Source: a virus
IMG/VR virus record: IMGVR_UViG_3300030380_006483
Reading direction: 5' to 3' (one strand)
DNA length: 64,000 bases
The notes below the pieces were generated by a model, which saw only the letters and a program-made list of their open reading frames with translations, was not told where the DNA came from and did no database searches. Shown here piece after piece: positions 57,037 through 64,000 of this stretch (position 1 is the stretch's first letter; each line of letters opens with the position of its first letter). Both the position numbers and the translations under genes were made by a program.

Positions 57037-58030
57037 AACAGTTTATATAACAGGTTGTTTAGGTTTTATAGGTAGTTATGTAACTAGAGCTTGTTTAAAA
57101 AAAGGTTGGTACGTAAGAGGTATTGATAAAATAACTTATGCTGCTAATGAAAATTTATTACATGAATTTAGTAAATATGATAATTTCTTTTTTGAAAAAA
57201 AAGATATTAATGATATAGATTTTTTATATGAATGTGATTATATAATTAATACTGCTGCTGAAACACATGTAGGTAATTCTATAGTTAAAAGTGAAGATTT
57301 TGTACATTCAAATATAGATGGAGTACATAATTTACTTGAATTAATTAGAAATTATAGAGCAGAAGGTAAAGCTAAACCTACGTTATTACATTTTTCAACT
57401 GATGAAGTATACGGTGATATTACAGAAGGTGAACATATTGAAACAGATTGTTTAAAACCATCTAATCCTTACTCTGCAACTAAATCAGCTGCAGATCAAT
57501 TAATAATAGGTTGGGGTCGTACTTATGATTTACCTTATATAATATTAAGACCAACTAATAATTATGGAATTGGTCAATATGTAGAAAAATTAATCCCTAA
57601 ATCTACTAAATATCTTTCTTTAGGTAAAAAAATACCATTACATAATGGTGGAACTCCTATTAGAAACTGGTTACATGCTAAAGATACAGCCGAGGCCGTT
57701 ATAGTATTAATTGAAAATAATGCCCAAGATATAATAGACGATAATAATATTTACAATATTTGTGGTGGTTATGAACAAACTAATTTGGATACAGTAAATA
57801 AAATTATTAGATTATATTATCCTCAAGATACAGCTCTTGAAAGAGATTTTCCAATGTATGATAGCAACATAAATGAATATTTAGATTTATCTTATTCTAG
57901 ACAAGGCCAAGATGTTAGATATGCTTTAAATGATGATAAATTAAGAGCTTTAGGATGGGAACCAAAAACTAAATTTGATGAAGAGTTACCTGCTATAGTT
58001 GGGTATTATAAAAATAATTTTATATGGTAA
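57026..58030 (+). CDS. NDP-glucose 4,6-dehydratase (RmlB-like)
   Basis: TGCLGFIG, AAETHV, STDEVYG, YSATK, RPTNNYG, R.GQD.RY. Confidence 0.88.
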   Translation: MINKTVYITGCLGFIGSYVTRACLKKGWYVRGIDKITYAANENLLHEFSKYDNFFFEKKDINDIDFLYECDYIINTAAETHVGNSIVKSEDFVHSNIDGVHNLLELIRNYRAEGKAKPTLLHFSTDEVYGDITEGEHIETDCLKPSNPYSATKSAADQLIIGWGRTYDLPYIILRPTNNYGIGQYVEKLIPKSTKYLSLGKKIPLHNGGTPIRNWLHAKDTAEAVIVLIENNAQDIIDDNNIYNICGGYEQTNLDTVNKIIRLYYPQDTALERDFPMYDSNINEYLDLSYSRQGQDVRYALNDDKLRALGWEPKTKFDEELPAIVGYYKNNFIW

Positions 58031-59817
58031 AGAAAAAGGTTTTAGAACATTTAGTAGATTATTTAGTAGATAACCATTTTGATACATTTTTTCTAGTTAC
58101 AGGGGGGGCAATTGTACCCACTGTAGATTACATAGGTAGAAAAAAAGGAGCTACATACTACTGTTTTCAACATGAACAATCGGCCGCCATGGCAGCTGAA
58201 AGTTTTTATAGAACATCGGGAAAAATGGGTGTAGTATTAACTACAAGCGGCCCAGGTGCCCAAAATCTACTAAATGGTATTTGTGGGTGCTGGTATGAAT
58301 CAGTTCCTTGTCTTTTTATCACAGGTCAAGTTAGTACTTATGAATCACTTGATTCAATTCAAACTAAACCCAGACAAGTAGGTTTTCAGGAAATGCCCGT
58401 AGCCGAATCATTTAAACATTTTACTAAATATTCTACTAAAGTTACTAAAGCTGAACTATTTAATAATATACTTAAGGAAGCTATAACATCTAGTTTAACA
58501 GGTAGGCCTGGCCCTTCTTTAATTGATTTACCAGTTGATATTCAAAATTCAACTATAGACAATTATTCAACGGATAAATTACTTTGGTGGAAGAAAAATC
58601 CAAAAAATTACATGTATCCTCATGAATATAGAGATATTGTAGATAAAATTAAACAAAGTAAAAGACCACTTTTATTATTAGGTCAAGGAGTAAAATTAGC
58701 TGGGGGGCAAAAGGAAGCTAAAGATTTAATTGATTCATTACAAATACCTTTTGTAGTATCTTGGGGTGGTTTTGATACTATATCCCATGATCATCCTTTA
58801 TTTATAGGTGACATAGGAGTATATGGTAGTAGAGGTGGAAATTATGCTATACAAAATTGTGATTTACTACTATCAATAGGATCCAGATTAGATACTAGAC
58901 AAACTGGGGGACAATTAGAATTATTTTCTAGAGATTCATATAAAATAATGGTTGATATAGATGCTAATGAAGTTTATAAAGATAGAGGTATTAAAATTGA
59001 TCTTCCAATTATTAAGGATGCCCAAGAATTTTTGGAAAGCATGCTTAGTTTTACTGAAAAAATAGAATTGGATAAAGAATGGTTAGGATATATCACTCAA
59101 TGGAAAAATTTAAAAGAAAAACGTAAAACACAAGATAATATTTTAACATCCTATGAGTTTTTAGAAGAATTAGATAATCATTTACCCGGTAATAGTATTA
59201 TTATACCTGATGAGGGAGGTAATTTAGTTTGGACTATGCAGTCCATTAAAATAAAAGATAAACAAAAATTATATTCTAATTTTGGAAATTCATCTATGGG
59301 ATATGGTTTACCCTCAGCTATAGGAGCTTGTATGGCAAATGAGGGACCTGTAGTGTGTATTGATGGTGATGGTGGTTTTCAAATGAATATACAAGAATTA
59401 CAAACAGTTAAACATTATAATTTACCTTTAAAGATTTTTATAATGAATAATAATTGTTATGGAATTATAAAACAATTCCAAGATTCATATTTTGATAAAA
59501 GATATATAGCAACTGAATCTCAGGATTATACTGCACCCGATTTTGTAAAGGTAGCTGAAGCTTACGGTATCAAAGCATTACGAGCTACTAAAGAAAATTA
59601 TAAGGAAGTAATTAATTTGGCAATGCATGAAGAGGGTAGTATATTAGTAGATGTTATTATAGATAAGGAACAAAAACTTATTCCAAAATTAGAATATGGA
59701 AATCCATTAGAAGATATGTCACCATATCAAACTGATGATGAAATTAAAAATAATATGATAATAGAAATGGTCCCTAGAAGAGATAATACACAGGGATGGG
59801 TAACTTTAAATAAATAA
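58024..59817 (+). CDS. ThDP-dependent acetolactate-synthase-family enzyme (YerE-like)
   Basis: HEQSAAMAAE, TSGPG..N, GQV, GRPGP, GDGGFQMNIQEL..NNNCYGII ThDP motif. Confidence 0.88.
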   Translation: MVKKKVLEHLVDYLVDNHFDTFFLVTGGAIVPTVDYIGRKKGATYYCFQHEQSAAMAAESFYRTSGKMGVVLTTSGPGAQNLLNGICGCWYESVPCLFITGQVSTYESLDSIQTKPRQVGFQEMPVAESFKHFTKYSTKVTKAELFNNILKEAITSSLTGRPGPSLIDLPVDIQNSTIDNYSTDKLLWWKKNPKNYMYPHEYRDIVDKIKQSKRPLLLLGQGVKLAGGQKEAKDLIDSLQIPFVVSWGGFDTISHDHPLFIGDIGVYGSRGGNYAIQNCDLLLSIGSRLDTRQTGGQLELFSRDSYKIMVDIDANEVYKDRGIKIDLPIIKDAQEFLESMLSFTEKIELDKEWLGYITQWKNLKEKRKTQDNILTSYEFLEELDNHLPGNSIIIPDEGGNLVWTMQSIKIKDKQKLYSNFGNSSMGYGLPSAIGACMANEGPVVCIDGDGGFQMNIQELQTVKHYNLPLKIFIMNNNCYGIIKQFQDSYFDKRYIATESQDYTAPDFVKVAEAYGIKALRATKENYKEVINLAMHEEGSILVDVIIDKEQKLIPKLEYGNPLEDMSPYQTDDEIKNNMIIEMVPRRDNTQGWVTLNK

Positions 59818-59820
59818 AAA

Positions 59821-60756
59821 ATGGCAGCAGATAGTAAAACTAAAAAAACAATTTTAACATTAAATAAAAATAAGCAGGATGGTAACACATCAGTTATGGT
59901 TACTGCTTATGATTATCCACAATCTAGGATAGCAGATGGATCTGGAGTAGATTGTATATTAGTAGGTGATTCTTTAGGGATGACTACTTTAGGACATAAA
60001 ACAACAATTCCTGTTACAATGGATGATATGATTAGATCATGTGAAGCAGTAAGTAGAGGAGCAGACGACGCATTATTAATTGGAGATATGCCATATATGT
60101 CTTATCAACCTTCAAATCAAGTAGCAGTTGAAAATGCCGGAAGATTTATTAGATCAGGTATGGATATGGTTAAAGTAGAAGGTGCAATGACTGATAGAAT
60201 TAAAGCAATTTGCGATTCAGGTATATTAGTAATGAGCCATTTAGGTTTAACTCCACATACGAGAGCTAAATTAGGTGGTTATAAAGTACAAGGTAAAACT
60301 GCAGAACAAGCTGAAGTAGTGTTAAAACAAGCTTTACAATTACAAGAAGCAGGTTGTTCAGCATTATTGTTAGAGGCAATGCCTAAAGAACCAGCAGGTA
60401 TGATTGCTAGAGAATTAGACATTCCAGTATTTGGTATTGGGGCTGGTGATCAAGTAGATGGACAACTAGTTATATACCATGATTTAATGGGATTATTTTG
60501 GGAATTTAAATCTAAATTTGTAAAAAGATATTGTGAAGCAGGGCAGATAATGTCTGATGCATTAAAAGATTATGTTAGAGAAGTAAAAGAAGGAATATTT
60601 CCTGCTCAAGAAAATTTTTATGAAATTAAAGATGAGGAATTAGAAAAGTTATTAGGTGATAAAAAATGGAAATATGAATTAGATAACGATTACTATAATA
60701 ATCGTAATCATAGTGCAACACCAATTACTCAGAAAAAGACAGTGATTAAAAGATGA
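59821..60756 (+). CDS. panB: Ketopantoate hydroxymethyltransferase family protein
   Basis: TAYD, ILVGDSLG, DMPYMSY, VKVEG, HLGLTP, GIGAG..DGQ. Confidence 0.9.
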   Translation: MAADSKTKKTILTLNKNKQDGNTSVMVTAYDYPQSRIADGSGVDCILVGDSLGMTTLGHKTTIPVTMDDMIRSCEAVSRGADDALLIGDMPYMSYQPSNQVAVENAGRFIRSGMDMVKVEGAMTDRIKAICDSGILVMSHLGLTPHTRAKLGGYKVQGKTAEQAEVVLKQALQLQEAGCSALLLEAMPKEPAGMIARELDIPVFGIGAGDQVDGQLVIYHDLMGLFWEFKSKFVKRYCEAGQIMSDALKDYVREVKEGIFPAQENFYEIKDEELEKLLGDKKWKYELDNDYYNNRNHSATPITQKKTVIKR

Positions 60757-61577
60757 AAATCCTTATTACAGGTGGGAGTGGTTTTGTAGGAAGAAACATT
60801 TCAAAATTTTTGGGCCCTGACTATGACATATATACTCCTACCTCATCACAATTAGATTTTACTGATAGTAAAGAAGTAGAAAAATATTTTCAAAATAAAT
60901 TTTTTGATGTAGTAATACATTGTGCTATTACAGGTGGAAGAAGAAATGAACAAGATTCAGCCTTTACCCTTCATGAAAATCTAAAAATGTTTTTTAATTT
61001 AATGAATAATAGAGATAGATTTGATAGATTCATTAATTTTTCTTCTGGTGCTGATTTTGATAAAACTAAACATATAAACATTAATAATCATAATTTAGAA
61101 AAAAGTTATCCAATTCGACCTTATGATATGTCTAAAAATATAATTAGTAGAGTACTTAAAAATAGTCCTCGTTGTTATAATTTTAGAATTTATGGTGTAT
61201 TTGGTATAGATGAAGCTGAGGATAGATTTGTAACTTCAAATATTAAAAGATATAAAGAACATAATCCTATAGAAATACATCAAAATAGATATTGGGACTT
61301 TTTTTATATAAAAGATCTTGTAAATATAATTAAATATTATATTGATAATCCTAAATATGATTTAGATAATGAGATGGATCTAGTGTATCAAGATCTTTTA
61401 TCTTTAAAAGATGTAGCTAATTTAATTAATGATTTAGACTATAATAAAGTTGAAATAAAAATAGATAATAATACTAGGGATTTAGATTATTTAGGTAATA
61501 AAAGTTATGGGGTTAATTTACCTATTGAATTAATAGGATTAAAAAAAGGATTAGAAGAGATATATAATGCATTATAA
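60753..61577 (+). CDS. NAD-dependent epimerase/reductase (extended SDR)
   Basis: TGGSGFVG, YDMSK. Confidence 0.82.
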   Translation: MKILITGGSGFVGRNISKFLGPDYDIYTPTSSQLDFTDSKEVEKYFQNKFFDVVIHCAITGGRRNEQDSAFTLHENLKMFFNLMNNRDRFDRFINFSSGADFDKTKHININNHNLEKSYPIRPYDMSKNIISRVLKNSPRCYNFRIYGVFGIDEAEDRFVTSNIKRYKEHNPIEIHQNRYWDFFYIKDLVNIIKYYIDNPKYDLDNEMDLVYQDLLSLKDVANLINDLDYNKVEIKIDNNTRDLDYLGNKSYGVNLPIELIGLKKGLEEIYNAL

Positions 61578-62481
61578 AATTACATATCCATGTATGCCAT
61601 GGGAGCTTGACTATGCTCTCCTTTCTTTTACCCAATTTAAAAAATCTAAATATTATTTAGATGAGAAGGATACTATAGAAATAAACCCATCATTAAATTT
61701 ATCTTCATATATAGTTAATTGGGAAAAAAGTAAAATATCTAAAGATTTACTAATAAGTAGATTTAATCAATATTTAAAATTATTAGAAGGTTATAAGGTA
61801 ACTCCTATTATCTATGAAGGAGATGAATTATATGGACATTTAGACCACCAAAGGGATGCTATGTCTTCTGAAGTAGACTTTTATATTAGTGTTTGCCCAG
61901 ACATGTATTTTAGTGAACATTTATTACCTTTACTAATTAATAGTTCGAAACAAATAGATACTAAATATTTTGTATTAACTCCTGAAATATATAAAATGTG
62001 GGATAATACCTGGGATGAAATCACAAATCAGGATTATTTAGGTGTACCTTATGAGGAATGGAATAAGGGAGATATTTTTGATATAAGATCTAATATGAAA
62101 AATTCAGAAAAAGGTGTTACATTAGAAACTACTATGAGAAGTAAGTGGGCGGGTTGGTTTGATTTATTTAATAAAGAAATGTATGAAAATTTAGTACCCA
62201 TACAAAAGGATTGGAATGGATATGGTCCTTGGGATTGGTATTCCTTAATGATAACTGAAGCTTGTAAAAAGAACGGAGTTGATTTTCAACAGTATATTTT
62301 AAGAGGACAAACCATATTTGAATATCCTATTGGTCCTTTATTAGATGGTGGTTATACTAAAATGTATAAGGACTTACTATATTTAAATGAAATACCAGAT
62401 CAAAGAAAAACATTTGAATTTAATATGCCACAATATGTTAGTGATGGGGTTAAAAGATTAAAAGAAAAAGGAATATTATGA
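61567..62481 (+). CDS. Putative glycosyltransferase (GT-A-like)
   Basis: CPDMYF DXD-like motif, W..YGPWD; lies inside the sugar locus. Confidence 0.5.
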   Translation: MHYKITYPCMPWELDYALLSFTQFKKSKYYLDEKDTIEINPSLNLSSYIVNWEKSKISKDLLISRFNQYLKLLEGYKVTPIIYEGDELYGHLDHQRDAMSSEVDFYISVCPDMYFSEHLLPLLINSSKQIDTKYFVLTPEIYKMWDNTWDEITNQDYLGVPYEEWNKGDIFDIRSNMKNSEKGVTLETTMRSKWAGWFDLFNKEMYENLVPIQKDWNGYGPWDWYSLMITEACKKNGVDFQQYILRGQTIFEYPIGPLLDGGYTKMYKDLLYLNEIPDQRKTFEFNMPQYVSDGVKRLKEKGIL

Positions 62482-63296
62482 AACACCTAGTTTTAGGTTC
62501 TAGCGGTCAAATAGGAGCTCACCTTGTTAATTATTTACAAAGTAAAGGAGAACAAGTATATGAATTTGATTTAGTAAATAAAGACTATCAAGATTTAAGA
62601 GTAATTTCTAATGCTCATTTAGACTATATTATGGATACTTGTGATATAGTTCATTTTTTAGCCTTTGATGTTGGGGGGGCTAAATATTTAGAAAAATATC
62701 AAGATACTTATAGTTTTATTTTTAACAACATGATGATATTAACTAATACATTTGAAAAAATTAAATCATTTAAAAAACCTTTTATATTTGCTTCATCTCA
62801 AATGGCAGAAATGGGCTATTCAAGTTACGGGATGTTAAAATCATTAGGTGAAAAAATGACCCATGATATGGGAGGAATTGTAGCTAGATTTTGGAATGTT
62901 TATGGCTATGAAACAAACCCAGAAAAATCTCATGTAATAACTGATTTTATTAAAATGGCTAAAAATGACGGGGTTATTAAAATGAGAACAGATGGTACTG
63001 AATCAAGACAATTTTTATATGCTGATGATGCTTCTGAGGCATTATTAACATTGGCTAAAAACTATGATAAAATTAATAAGAATAAAAATTATAGTATTAC
63101 TAGTTTTGAATGGACTAAAATTTATGAGATAGCTAATATATTAGATGTACTATCTAGTTGTAAAGTATTTCCTGGAGATAAAAAGGATCAAACTCAACTT
63201 AATGCTATGAATAAACCCAATGATAATATTAAAAAATATTGGCAACCTAAAACTAGTTTAGAAGAAGGAATAATGAAATTATATAATTTATATTAA
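62478..63296 (+). CDS. NAD-dependent epimerase/reductase (extended SDR)
   Basis: LGSSGQIG, FASSQ, YGMLK, RFWNVYG, RQFLYADD. Confidence 0.82.
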   Translation: MKHLVLGSSGQIGAHLVNYLQSKGEQVYEFDLVNKDYQDLRVISNAHLDYIMDTCDIVHFLAFDVGGAKYLEKYQDTYSFIFNNMMILTNTFEKIKSFKKPFIFASSQMAEMGYSSYGMLKSLGEKMTHDMGGIVARFWNVYGYETNPEKSHVITDFIKMAKNDGVIKMRTDGTESRQFLYADDASEALLTLAKNYDKINKNKNYSITSFEWTKIYEIANILDVLSSCKVFPGDKKDQTQLNAMNKPNDNIKKYWQPKTSLEEGIMKLYNLY

Positions 63297-63982
63297 TGAA
63301 ACAAGGTATTATTATACAAGGGCCAACTGAGTATTATAAAGAATTAGCAGATTATTATTCACAATTTAATAATGTTGTATGGGCTACATGGAATGATGAA
63401 TCCATTGTTAGATTAGATTATATTCGTAACAAAGGTATAGAAGTTGTACTTGTAGAAAAACCAGAAGTATTTGGTTATATGAATGTTAATATGCAAGTTA
63501 AATCATCATTTGAAGGTGCAAATTACTTGGAAGGTAAAGTTGATGAAGCATTAAAAGTTAGAAGTGATACTATAGTAACTAATTTAGATAAATTATTACC
63601 TAGATTAGAAAATAGACAATTAGCATTTATGGCTACTTGTAAAACTGGTGTTAGAAAAGATTTAGGATATGAATTGGTTTACTACCATAATAGTCATGAT
63701 TACCCAGCTGATAATGTTATATATGGAAAAATTTATGATTTAAAATTAATGTTTGATTTTCAAATACATGAATTAATACCTATACCACCTGAGGCACTTA
63801 TAGCTTGGAATTATATGACTAATAAAGGAATAAAGTTTAAATTAGATTATCAATCTATGGTGGATGGTGGAATTGGTTTCTTTTTACAAGAATGTTTAGA
63901 TGAAGGAGTTGAAGTAAATTGGTTAAAACGAGAAGCAAATTTAGTAGATTGGTATAAAGATAAAACAGTATATGACTGGTAA
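63296..63982 (+). CDS. WavE-like polysaccharide synthesis protein
   Basis: IIIQGP..W..NVNMQVKSS..G..ALKVRSD resembles the WavE pattern. Confidence 0.55.
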   Translation: MKQGIIIQGPTEYYKELADYYSQFNNVVWATWNDESIVRLDYIRNKGIEVVLVEKPEVFGYMNVNMQVKSSFEGANYLEGKVDEALKVRSDTIVTNLDKLLPRLENRQLAFMATCKTGVRKDLGYELVYYHNSHDYPADNVIYGKIYDLKLMFDFQIHELIPIPPEALIAWNYMTNKGIKFKLDYQSMVDGGIGFFLQECLDEGVEVNWLKREANLVDWYKDKTVYDW

Positions 63983-64000
63983 AAAAATAAAAGTAGCTTT
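63972..64000 (+). CDS. 5' end of the next ORF (truncated by the window)
   Basis: ATG 63972 overlapping the upstream gene end: MTGKKIKVA... Confidence 0.4.

Noticed and set aside
58024-60756. ALS-like gene + panB as a pantothenate or branched-chain amino acid auxiliary pathway
   Set aside because: Intermediate and downstream enzymes are absent from the window and the genes sit in a nucleotide-sugar operon; kept only as the alternative hypothesis
1-64000. Stop-codon reassignment as in some large phages
   Set aside because: Conserved enzymes are full length under the standard code, and TAG and TGA both end genes at sensible positions
1-64000. CRISPR array, rRNA, transposase or integrase
   Set aside because: No regularly spaced repeats or such ORFs seen; the Cas4-like nuclease at 47678 has no cas neighbours

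Overview
This 64 kb window is strongly AT-rich (about 25-30% GC by eye, not computed), densely coding, and has all credible genes on the + strand. It looks like part of a large contractile-tailed (T4-like/jumbo) phage genome. A Bacteroidota host is likely: repeated TTTG-N20-TAnnTT promoters match the Bacteroidota -33/-7 architecture, Shine-Dalgarno motifs are not evident, and there is a lipobox protein. Order: end of a baseplate module (1-5.6 kb); replication block with a non-canonical PolA-like protein, gp32-like SSB, RecA/UvsX, 5'-3' exonuclease, DnaB-like helicase and nrdB/nrdA (5.6-15 kb); small early ORFs; an interrupted 7-deazaguanine cluster (queD, TGT/DpdA-like gene, queC, queE, folE, PRTase, MazG-like) with initiator tRNA-Met, a GS-repeat tail fibre and four carbamoyltransferase paralogues (19.5-32.5 kb); split PolB with a halogenase and a cupin inside the split, PMM, sliding clamp, hsp20, groES/groEL, a lipoprotein and the clamp loader (34-48.6 kb); a large glycosylation locus with GDP-fucose genes, a GT10-like transferase, a His-type 3-dehydrase, a ThDP enzyme and PanB (48.8-64 kb). 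Seven 2OG-Fe(II) oxygenases sit singly at gene junctions. Best candidates for undescribed biology: (1) one full-length plus three transfer-domain-only carbamoyltransferases sharing near-identical DNA anchors; (2) a variant deazaguanine pathway with a PRTase and MazG-like enzyme, possibly pre-replicative; (3) a yersiniose-like branched-sugar pathway that may use PanB; (4) a structured hsp20 5' UTR complementary to its own 3' flank. All family calls are from motif recognition by eye; no database searches were run.
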